A stretch of DNA of 64,000 bases from Vicinamibacteria bacterium (GTDB taxonomy: Bacteria > Acidobacteriota > Vicinamibacteria > Marinacidobacterales > Marinacidobacteraceae). How positions within the stretch are numbered: position 1 is the stretch's first letter; each line of letters begins with the position of its first letter. This document shows, piece by piece, positions 8,755 to 17,128 of the stretch. The translations under genes were made by a program, and so were the position numbers. The stretch lies in the NCBI GenBank assembly GCA_964291235.2, contig OZ219816.1, forward strand, positions 1,504,001 to 1,568,000, given 5' to 3'. The notes below the pieces were generated by a model, which ran no database searches, was not told the origin of the DNA, and worked only from the letters and a program-made list of their open reading frames with translations.

Positions 8755-9618
8755 ATGAGACGCATCGGACTCGCCCTCGCGCTCCTCCTGCTCGCGCCGT
8801 CCATCTCACTCGCCACCTGGTCGGTGATCGCGGTGGACCGGAACTCCGGCCAGGTGATCATCGCGTCGGCCACCTGCGTCCGGCAGTCGCGGTTCCCTCC
8901 CCGGCCGGCGCGCGACCTGATGGACATCCAGGCGGTCGTCGTGCCGGGCGTCGGGGTTGCCGCCTGCCAGGCCGGGGTGGACAACACCCGTGCGAACCAG
9001 AAGCTGGTATACGAGGAGATCCGCAAGGGCACCGACCCCGAGCGGATCATCGAACTTCTCCGGGAGCAGGAAAACCAGAAGGACGAGCCGCAAATGGAGC
9101 GCCGGCAATTCGGCATCCTCGACCTCGAGGGCCGCAGCGCGGGTTTCAACGGTCAGCGGAACAGCGCCGCCTCGCTCTACGTTTCGGGACAGGTGGGGGA
9201 CGACATCTTCGTTCAGGTGCAGGGCAACATCCTGTTCGACGACGACGTCGCGGAGGATGCCGTTCTCGCCTTCATGCGGGCCAAGGGGACGCTCGCCGAC
9301 CGGGTGATGGCGGCCATGGAAGGCGCCGACCGGGCCGGTGGCGACAAGCGCTGCACCTGCGAGGAGGAACCAAGACCCGCGGCGCCCTGCGACGGCAAGA
9401 CCTCGCACGTGGCCTACATCGCCGTCGCCAACCGGGACGACGCGCTGGGCCAGTCGCATAACGACGGCGACTACTACGCATACCTGAGCGCGACTGACGA
9501 AGACATCCAGCCGCACGAAAACGCCAATCCGGTGATCACCCTCCGGCTCCGCTATGACACCTGGAAGGATGCCGGGAGCAAACGGACGGGAATGCCCCCC
9601 TCGATGATCCCCGAATGA
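8755..9618 (+). CDS. DUF1028 family exported Ntn-hydrolase-like protein
   Basis: Signal peptide then mature TWSVIAVD; RRQFGILD, QGNIL, AGGDKRC motifs. Confidence 0.85.
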   Translation: MRRIGLALALLLLAPSISLATWSVIAVDRNSGQVIIASATCVRQSRFPPRPARDLMDIQAVVVPGVGVAACQAGVDNTRANQKLVYEEIRKGTDPERIIELLREQENQKDEPQMERRQFGILDLEGRSAGFNGQRNSAASLYVSGQVGDDIFVQVQGNILFDDDVAEDAVLAFMRAKGTLADRVMAAMEGADRAGGDKRCTCEEEPRPAAPCDGKTSHVAYIAVANRDDALGQSHNDGDYYAYLSATDEDIQPHENANPVITLRLRYDTWKDAGSKRTGMPPSMIPE

Positions 9619-11072
9619 GATCGTTTCCGGTCACGGCTCTCGCCGCTGTCGCCATTCTCGCCGCCGGGCCCGCGCCCGTTGTGGCGCAGCCGGACGAAGG
9701 GGACAACGCGCCCAATTGGCCCCGCTTTCGGGGACCCGACGCCAACCCGGTGGGCGCCCACCCCGACCTCCCGACGACCTGGTCCACCACCGACAACGTC
9801 GAATGGGCAGTCGCCGTCCCGGGCGTCGGCTGGTCCTCCCCCGTCGTTTGGGGGAACCGGGTCTTCCTGACCGCCGCCACCAGTCCGGGTGCAATGAAGG
9901 GACCGTCGCTCGGGACCGATTTCAGCAACAACTACATCGCCGAACTGCGCGCCCAGGGTTTGCCCCCCGAAGAGGTCAATCGGCGGCTCTACGCCCGCGA
10001 TCGCGAGTTGCCGGAGGAAGTCGTCATCAGGCTCCATCTCTTCTGTCTGGACCTCACCTCCGGGGAAATGCTCTGGGAGCGGGAGCTCTATCGGGGCCGG
10101 CCACTCGGGGGCCGGCACCGAAAGAACAGCTACGCCTCCGAGACGCCGGTCACCGACGGGACGAACGTTTACGTTTACTTCACCCACCACGGCCTGTTCG
10201 CCTTCGACATGGAAGGCAATCCGGTTTGGGAGACCCCCCTGGCGTCATTTCCCACGGTGCGCGATTTCGGGACGGGCGCCTCTCCAGCCCTTCACGGAGA
10301 CCACCTCTACGTCCTCAACGACAACGAGGAATCCGGCTTTCTCGCCGCGTTCGACAAGCGAAGCGGCAAGGAGAGCTGGCGCACGCACCGGGAGATCACC
10401 GAACGCCGGAAGACCGGCTGGTCCACTCCCTTCGTTTGGGACAACGAGCTGCGCAGCGAGATCGTGACCGTCGGACCCGGAATCGTGATCAGCTACGACC
10501 TCGCCGGAAATCCGCTCTGGCGGATGGGGCGGACGGCGGGATCTCCGATCCAGAGTCCGTTCTCCTGGGGGGACCGGCTCTTCCTCGCCGCCGGAGCCTC
10601 GGGCGGGCAATACCGGCCCCTGGCTGCGATCGCCCCGGGCGGCTCCGGAGACATCACGCCGCCCCAGGGCAGCAACCGGAGCGATCATGTGCTCTGGTAC
10701 GACCGCCTCGCCGGGGGCACCTACCTCCCCACTCCCGTGATCTACGACGGCGCGCTCTACGTGTTGTATTCGCGCGGCATCTTCGCCCGCTATGACGTCG
10801 ATACCGGTGAGCGGGTCTATCGGTCGCGGATCGCGCAGGGGGCCGCCGCCTTCACCGCCTCGCCCTGGGCCTACGGGGGCTACGTCTTCGCTCTGGGAGA
10901 AGAGGGTGACACCTTCGTGATCGAGGCCGGCGACGAGTACCGGCTGGCGGGAGTCAACGATCTGGGCGACTGGACCCTCGCCTCCCCCGCGATCGTCGGA
11001 GATCGGTTGCTGATCCGCACCCGGACCCGCCTGTATTCCATCCGCGCCGGCGAAGCGACGATGGAGCCCTGA
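9615..11072 (+). CDS. PQQ-like / BamB-like beta-propeller repeat protein, exported
   Basis: NWPRFRGP start, GWSSPVVWG, ASETPVTDG, GASP, WSTP, ASPAI repeats. Confidence 0.88.
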   Translation: MRSFPVTALAAVAILAAGPAPVVAQPDEGDNAPNWPRFRGPDANPVGAHPDLPTTWSTTDNVEWAVAVPGVGWSSPVVWGNRVFLTAATSPGAMKGPSLGTDFSNNYIAELRAQGLPPEEVNRRLYARDRELPEEVVIRLHLFCLDLTSGEMLWERELYRGRPLGGRHRKNSYASETPVTDGTNVYVYFTHHGLFAFDMEGNPVWETPLASFPTVRDFGTGASPALHGDHLYVLNDNEESGFLAAFDKRSGKESWRTHREITERRKTGWSTPFVWDNELRSEIVTVGPGIVISYDLAGNPLWRMGRTAGSPIQSPFSWGDRLFLAAGASGGQYRPLAAIAPGGSGDITPPQGSNRSDHVLWYDRLAGGTYLPTPVIYDGALYVLYSRGIFARYDVDTGERVYRSRIAQGAAAFTASPWAYGGYVFALGEEGDTFVIEAGDEYRLAGVNDLGDWTLASPAIVGDRLLIRTRTRLYSIRAGEATMEP

Positions 11073-11081
11073 CGCCGCTGG

Positions 11082-11121
11082 CAGCCCGTGGTGAAACCCG
11101 CGTGGGTTTTGCGACAGGCTG
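11082..11121. mobile_element. 40-bp minimal MITE: two IS5-like terminal inverted repeats back to back
   Basis: CAGCCCGTGGTGAAACCC ... GGGTTTTGCGACAGGCTG flanked by CTGG/CTGA; left end identical to 19241-19254. Confidence 0.55.
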
Positions 11122-11141
11122 CTGACGGCGCCGCGCACCTC

Positions 11142-12083
11142 TTGAGGTGCACCGGAACCGCCGTCCTCAGCCTGGCGGTGATTGCCGGGTGCCAGGGTGC
11201 GGAGCACCCGAGCCCGACACCGCCAACCATCCGCCTGGCGTGGCCGCTCGGGGGCGTCTTCGCCCGGGACTGGGTGGTCAACAACTACGTGGACCTTCAA
11301 CCCGGGCCGGGAACCCGCGACTACCAAGGCGGCGCCAGGACATACGACCGTCACCAGGGAACCGATATCGACGTTCCCAACTTCCGCTGGATGGACCGGG
11401 GATTCCCGGTCCTGGCCGCCGCGGGGGGCGTTGTCACCGCGACGCACGATGGCGAGTTCGACCGGAACACGGGCTGCGGATTCCTGGATGTGCTGTCCCG
11501 TCCCAACCTCGTTGAGGTGACGCACCAGGACGGATCGCGAACCCGCTATCTCCACCTGCGCCGCGGATCGGTGAAGCGCGTCGTCGGTGAGCGGGTCAGC
11601 GCGGGCGACGAGATCGGGACGGTCGGGAGTTCCGGATGTTCTACCGCACCGCATCTCCACTTCGAGGTCCGCGGCCCCGCGGGACAGATCGTCGATCCCT
11701 TCCACGCGTCGCTGTGGACGAATTCTCCACCCTACCGAGTGCCCCTCACCCTCATGGACTATGTCGTGAAGGACGGCCGAGTCGCCGGAGAATCGGAGTT
11801 GAAGGATCCGGCCGCGAACGCAAGCAAGGTTTCACGCGATCGCCCCCTCGGCATCGGCCTGTTCCTGGCGGGAGGAGCGCCCCGCGATGTCGTCGAGGTC
11901 CGGCTGGAAGGCGCGGCCCTTCCGAGCCTCCTGGCGGTGCTCAGGGACGGGCCGGCCCACAGGTACTGGTTCTGGAATGTTCCCGCGGCCGAACACCGCG
12001 GGATCCGGGGCATCGCGATTCACGCGAACGGCTCATTGCTCGCACGCCACCCACTGCACGCGGACCGCACGCCAGAACCCTGA
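11142..12083 (+). CDS. M23 family metallopeptidase (probable lipoprotein)
   Basis: HQGTD (HxxxD), YLHL, PHLHFEV motifs; lipobox IAGC; start uncertain. Confidence 0.88.
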   Translation: MRCTGTAVLSLAVIAGCQGAEHPSPTPPTIRLAWPLGGVFARDWVVNNYVDLQPGPGTRDYQGGARTYDRHQGTDIDVPNFRWMDRGFPVLAAAGGVVTATHDGEFDRNTGCGFLDVLSRPNLVEVTHQDGSRTRYLHLRRGSVKRVVGERVSAGDEIGTVGSSGCSTAPHLHFEVRGPAGQIVDPFHASLWTNSPPYRVPLTLMDYVVKDGRVAGESELKDPAANASKVSRDRPLGIGLFLAGGAPRDVVEVRLEGAALPSLLAVLRDGPAHRYWFWNVPAAEHRGIRGIAIHANGSLLARHPLHADRTPEP

Positions 12084-12084
12084 A

Positions 12085-12513
12085 GTGCGCCTCTGGTCCC
12101 TCCATCCCCGCAGTCTGGACCCCCCAACTCCGGCGATTTCGCGAACTCCCGACCCGGACGCGGTGGTCGCCGCCTGTCTCCACGCAGTTGCGGACGAAGC
12201 CGACCGGCGGAACTGCTCCTTCGATCGGCGGCGGATCGGCAGCCCCCACCGGCCGACCGCTCCTCTCCTCGTGACCACCGGACAACTGCGTTTCGAAGCG
12301 GACCACCTCGCGAAGAAGCTCGGGGCGCGTCGGTCCGCACCCGCCGAACGCGCAGACGACCCCGTTCCGATCGTGCCCGATCCCGTGTTTCGCGTCGTGC
12401 CGGGAGGAGTCGCCCCCTGGGAACGGCCCCGCACGTCCTCGCGCTCCCGGCAGCCGGTGGCGGAACCCGCGCGGGTTCACCACGGGCTCTCCCCGGGCGG
12501 TCCCATCCCGTGA
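12085..12513 (+). pseudogene. Pyrimidine-dimer DNA glycosylase / endonuclease V family gene with internal deletion
   Basis: (M)RLWSLHP..LD start, EADRR..SFD, VTTGQLRFE..HL..KL, FRVVPG.V.PWER; the LVALWRE...GY.NH segment is absent and PQLRRF is in another frame. Confidence 0.75.
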
Positions 12514-12669
12514 TCCTCTGCCTCTTCAGCCCCCTCACGAGGACTCCCAACCGCAATATTCTGTTGTGTCAGTTCCTTGGGTCCAAGCGATCCCCACTGG
12601 TCGCCCGGTGTCCTCGCCACGGTGGGGGACCCAGGCGACCGCCGCCACCGGCCGAAGTCCTTTTCCGGG

Positions 12670-12969
12670 TCAGCGGTGGCGCGTCCGTCCCGCCTCCTGG
12701 GCAAACCAAACCGCCGCCTTCTTGAGGATGTCCACCTCCTCTTCCAGTTGCTGAATCATCTGCTTCGCTTCCCGTAGTTCGCGCCGCTCGCCGTCGCTCC
12801 AGTCTTCAGGCGCACCATCCTCCGATTCGGACGCCGCCACCCAGTTCCGAATGGCCTGCGCGCTGGGGTCGAACTCGCGCGACAACTCTTCGGGCGTCCG
12901 GCCGCTCCTTACCAGATCGATCATCTGTCGCCGAAACTCTTCCGTATAGCGGCGGGGCTTGTTGGTCAT
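12670..12969 (-). CDS. IS3-family transposase OrfA (HTH and leucine zipper), stand-alone
   Basis: RRYTEEFRRQMIDLVRSGRTPEELSREF..SAQAIRNWV, LEEEVDILKKAA.WFA; RBS AGGAGA 5 nt before ATG. Confidence 0.88.
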   Translation of the reverse strand: MTNKPRRYTEEFRRQMIDLVRSGRTPEELSREFDPSAQAIRNWVAASESEDGAPEDWSDGERRELREAKQMIQQLEEEVDILKKAAVWFAQEAGRTRHR

Positions 12970-13537
12970 GTTTGTCTCCTGAATCCGGTGGCTCGGCACC
13001 GGCGGGTTGGAATTTGCGACACCCGCTGCGCCGCCGCCGGACTCGGCCGATGGCGGCGTATATCGCCAGCACACGGTCCCCCTTCGCCCGGCGAGGCGCG
13101 GTTCACCCGCTCCCGGCTACGAGACCTCGATACGTTGGAGCTGCCAGCCCTTCTCTGGGTCATCGCGGACATCCGGACCGGCACCGTCCCCGGGGTAGGC
13201 GAAATCTCATAGCGGAAGGCGCAAGCTTACCCCGATTTGGTAGCCAGTCGGTTCGCTTGGGTGCAAGACCCAGCCGATTTGGTCCACACATTCATGGCAA
13301 CCTACGTTTGGGTGCCTGTTCGTCGCGCCGGTTCGTCCGGGGATCGTTCCGGAAACCCCGTCCCTCGCGTCGATTGACCCACCAGCGCGCCCGTGTAGGT
13401 CCGCAAGGACTCGCCCCCGGCCGGGCCGGGGGGCGCTTTCATCGAGAACGCGATCCGCTGGGCGGGGCACGTTGCCGCACACCGCGCGCCAGGGCGAATG
13501 CCCCTTTGGTCATGGCCGTCCGTGGCGAAGCACCACT

Positions 13538-13592
13538 AAAGTTGTGTTGTGGATTTGTGTTACAAATGAAGCATTTACTTGTGTACACTATT
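13538..13592. promoter_or_regulatory. AT-rich operator/promoter island
   Basis: Most AT-rich patch noticed in the window; perfect IR ATTTGT-GTT-ACAAAT (13553-13567), palindrome GTGTACAC (13581-13588), repeated TTGTG, -10-like TACACT. Confidence 0.55.
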
Positions 13593-13824
13593 GGGGAGTC
13601 GCGCGCTGAGTCGGGCGATGTCGACGGTTGGAGGGGCCGAGAGGATCGTTCCGTCTAATCAAGGGCCCCGTGCCGGCCCAAACCGCGGGAAAGGCCTTGA
13701 CCAACATGCAGCGGCGCGCGATTTTCGACACGCACAGCGGTGAAACGAGCGACGTCGTCAGTGCCCGGACGGCCCGGAACGTTCAACCGGGACTGTGGGC
13801 ACCGGCCGTCAGCAGGGCAGCGGG

Positions 13825-14235
13825 ATGACGGTCACCGTTTCCGCGCACGCGCCGCGACCCGTCCCGAGCGGCGAAGCTCCGCTGTCCGCGGTGGATCACG
13901 AAGTGATCTACCGGTTCATTGACATGCACCGGGGACAGCACCGCATTGCGACGATGGCCCGGATCCTCGGAGTCTCCAGGAGCGGCTACTACGCCTGGAA
14001 GACAAGACCGCTGAGTTCGCGGGCACGCGCCGACGAAGTGCTCAAGAAGGAGATCAGCAGCGTGCATGCGTACCACCACGGCGCCTACGGGGCCCCCCGC
14101 ATCCACGAAGTACTGGGGCGCCGGGGTTGGAGGGTAAGTCGCAAGCGCGTCGCCCGGCTAATGCGCGAACTGGGCATTGGCGGTCAGGGGGGAGCACCGC
14201 GCCGCCAAGTTACGAATCGGGGGCAAACCAACTAG
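13825..14235 (+). CDS. IS3-family OrfB N-terminal (HTH_21-like) region only; no DDE integrase core
   Basis: IATMARILGVSRSGYYAW, YGAPRIHE.L, VSRKRVARLMRELG; stops before the catalytic domain; start may be GTG 13891 or 13903. Confidence 0.8.
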   Translation: MTVTVSAHAPRPVPSGEAPLSAVDHEVIYRFIDMHRGQHRIATMARILGVSRSGYYAWKTRPLSSRARADEVLKKEISSVHAYHHGAYGAPRIHEVLGRRGWRVSRKRVARLMRELGIGGQGGAPRRQVTNRGQTN

Positions 14236-14358
14236 TCGGCACGAGTCGCCCAAGGTCCGCCCCTCCTTCGCGACTCCTCCAGTAGTTCGGGGGCGCCCAC
14301 CCCGGGGCGGGCGCACTCACTCGAAGGTCGCCGACTGGTAGCCGGCCGCCGCGACGTT

Positions 14359-16950
14359 TCAGGCAGGCCGCAACTGCCGTCCGATCCGTGTCCACAGCCA
14401 GGGGACGCGCCGGACCGAGAGGTCGAGCAGGTACGCGATCAGCCCCAGCAGCGCGAGAATCGGCCACAGGGCCCGCGACCGCACCACGCGATCGCCACCC
14501 GCCGCGAGAACTTGAGAAGGGGTGGGCGCCATCACACCACCGGTCTCCGCGGCGAGCGCCGCAAGAGCCGCGTCGTCGGCCGGGAGAAAGCGGTATTCGT
14601 CGGGATAGCTCAGATGGATCGCGCGCTCGAGGTCGGCCCCTTCGGCAAGATCATCCGGCAGGGATTCCCGGACGATACGGAACCGGGCGGTGTCCCCGGG
14701 ACGGAGATCGAGGGGCACCTCGGTCTCGAACCGGCCGGGACCGGTCTGCCGGATGGTGGTGCGCCCCACCAGGCCCGCATACGAAATCTCGAGTTCCGGA
14801 ACTACATCCTCCGGATAGCTTCCGTCCTCCCGAATCAGCGAAAGACTCACGTCGGCCGCGTTCCCCCGGCGCGACACCTCAAAATCGAGGTCAGCGCCTC
14901 GACCGCGACGCATGGCATCGCGGACGACCTGGGTCCAGAACTTGCCGTAACCGTCCCATTCGACCCAGTCGGCGGCCCAACGGTTCTTGCAGTCTGAGGT
15001 GAACATCGCCGCCCGGCCGAGGCCATACTGCCAGCGGGCGAGCAGAGGCTCTTCGTCGGGCCCCTCGAGGAGCACCTCGGCGGTGTCCTTCGCCATCGTC
15101 GCCACAAAGCCCTTGAGTTCCGGCGCGGCTTCAAAATCGAGACCATCGAGCACCCGGGCTAGCTGCCGCACCACGGGACGGAACGGCTCTTCCACCAGCG
15201 TGGCGTCGAGGGCGATCTGGGTCTCCTCAACGAAGATCTGCTGCACCCGGGCCGCGTCCCGGATGAAGTAACTGCGCCCGTCACCCCACTCCGCGATGTC
15301 CGAGAGCAACTCGCGGTCGGCCTCTTCGCCGACCGCAACCGTCGAGATCGTGATCTCGTCCTCCATCATGCGGGTGACCAACTCCTCGTAGTCGTCGGGA
15401 TAGGTCTTGCCGTCAGAAAGCAGGATCACGTGCTTGACCTTGGACGGACTCTCCGTGAGTTGTTCGTAGGCGCGGTCGAGCGCCGGATAGATGTTCGTCT
15501 GCGCGCTCGCCTGAATCCGGCTGATCCCCTCCTTGATCCACTCCCGGTCCGCCACCAGCTGCAGCGGAATCGTGGTGTAGGGATTCCAGTCGAAGGTCAC
15601 GACACCGAAACGGTGGGTGTCCTCCAGGAGATCGAGCGCCGCCTTGGTGGCCTCCTTGGCCAACGCGATCTTCCTGCCGTACATGCTGTAGGACTTGTCC
15701 AGCACGATCACGAGCGACAGGTCCTTCCACTTTTCCTCGATCTGGAAATCCACCGGCAAGGCCTGTTCGAGGATCGACTCCGAGTACCCGTCTTCGCCGT
15801 AGCTGGACTCTCCGGCCGCAAAGACCAGTCCCCCGCCCTCGTCCCGGACGTAGCTGGCCACCTGCTCCATGACCGGCTCGGGAAGACGGTCCGGGGCCAC
15901 GTCGCTCAGGACGACGGCGTCCCAGGTGTTCAGGTCGAGACGGGGAAGCGCGGACGCCGGGGCCATGTTCACCGTAACCCCCTCCGATTCCAGCGCGCTC
16001 CTCAGGTAGCGCGCGCTCTCGGGCTGTCCCTCGACATAGAGAACGTGCGCCTCGTCCTGCACCGGCACTTCCACCGCGCGGCGATCGTTGACTTCGAGGC
16101 GGTCTCCGGCCACCCGGATCTCGGCTTCCAGGACGGTCATGCCCGGGTTCTCGACCCGCACCGGAACGGGAACCGTCGAGGCGCCGGACGGCAACTCCAC
16201 TTCGATGGCTGCCAGTGTCTCCCCGTCGGCAAGCACCCGGATCTCCGCCGGGCCGCCGGCCGCGGAGAACACTTCCACTTCGACTCCGGTCATTTCGCCG
16301 GCGCGCACGGCGGGCGGCAGGTGGATCGCATTCACGAAACCGCCACCGTCACTCCTCACTGCCGACGGCGCCGGGAAAACCCGCACCCCGGCTTCCTTGA
16401 GAAACGCGAGCGCGGCCGCGGTGTCGCCTTCCGTCTCGCGTCCGTCGCTGAAGAGCACTACCCGCTTGAGCCGATCCGGCGGCAGGCGCGCCGCCGCGTG
16501 CCGAAGCGCCGCTTCGATGTTCGTCCGGCCCTGATCCAGCGCGTCCGGCGGCGGCAGGCCCGCGGACGCCCCGCTGTCAAAGACCTGTACTTCCAGCAGC
16601 GCGTCGGCATTCGGCACCGACACCGCACGGTCAGCAAAAGCGACGAAGTGAGCGTCGTCCCCGCCGAGCGCCCGGCTCGCCTCGCGAGCCCAGGCGACCG
16701 CCTCCTGCAATGACCCGGAGGCAACGCTCCGGGAAACATCCACCACGAAAGCCACCGCCACCTCCCGGGAGCCCGCCTGAATCACCGGGCGACAAAGGGC
16801 GAACAACAGGAACGTCGCGGCCAACAGGCGAAGGATCAGCGAGGCGCGCAACCGCAGCTTGGGCCAGCGGAGGTCGGACCGTAGCGCTACCAGCACCACG
16901 ACCGCGAGGAGCGGCAGCAGCAGGAGCGGCCAGAGGGCTTCGAAGGTCAT
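14359..16950 (-). CDS. Membrane-anchored double vWA domain protein with glutamine-amidotransferase-like middle domain
   Basis: Two MIDAS motifs DVSRS and DKSYS with FSDG/LSDG; VLYVEG, PLLARWQYGLGRA; N- and C-terminal TM helices. Confidence 0.88.
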   Translation of the reverse strand: MTFEALWPLLLLPLLAVVVLVALRSDLRWPKLRLRASLILRLLAATFLLFALCRPVIQAGSREVAVAFVVDVSRSVASGSLQEAVAWAREASRALGGDDAHFVAFADRAVSVPNADALLEVQVFDSGASAGLPPPDALDQGRTNIEAALRHAAARLPPDRLKRVVLFSDGRETEGDTAAALAFLKEAGVRVFPAPSAVRSDGGGFVNAIHLPPAVRAGEMTGVEVEVFSAAGGPAEIRVLADGETLAAIEVELPSGASTVPVPVRVENPGMTVLEAEIRVAGDRLEVNDRRAVEVPVQDEAHVLYVEGQPESARYLRSALESEGVTVNMAPASALPRLDLNTWDAVVLSDVAPDRLPEPVMEQVASYVRDEGGGLVFAAGESSYGEDGYSESILEQALPVDFQIEEKWKDLSLVIVLDKSYSMYGRKIALAKEATKAALDLLEDTHRFGVVTFDWNPYTTIPLQLVADREWIKEGISRIQASAQTNIYPALDRAYEQLTESPSKVKHVILLSDGKTYPDDYEELVTRMMEDEITISTVAVGEEADRELLSDIAEWGDGRSYFIRDAARVQQIFVEETQIALDATLVEEPFRPVVRQLARVLDGLDFEAAPELKGFVATMAKDTAEVLLEGPDEEPLLARWQYGLGRAAMFTSDCKNRWAADWVEWDGYGKFWTQVVRDAMRRGRGADLDFEVSRRGNAADVSLSLIREDGSYPEDVVPELEISYAGLVGRTTIRQTGPGRFETEVPLDLRPGDTARFRIVRESLPDDLAEGADLERAIHLSYPDEYRFLPADDAALAALAAETGGVMAPTPSQVLAAGGDRVVRSRALWPILALLGLIAYLLDLSVRRVPWLWTRIGRQLRPA

Positions 16951-17128
16951 GAAATCGCGGCGCGGAAACCGGAATCCTATGCGCCGACAAGAAAACGTGC
17001 GGGGGAATGCGCACGGTGCGCCGCCCCCGGCAGAGCCCGTCGTGGCGCGTCCGTGGCATCGATTCGGGCGTTTCGGCTAATTTCGACGACCCGGGCCGCC
17101 GGAAACTCGACGGCCGAAGGAGTCCCGC

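Noticed and set aside
13191-13256. c-di-GMP-I riboswitch call
   Set aside because: Only partial resemblance; lacks a clear GNRA/receptor pair, so it is kept only as part of the ncRNA hypothesis
12699-14231. 11-bp direct repeat GGGCAAACCAA near the 3' ends of both IS3-derived ORFs as a target duplication or recombination site
   Set aside because: Lies inside both ORFs, is too long for an IS3 target duplication and is in the wrong orientation for an inversion; may be chance
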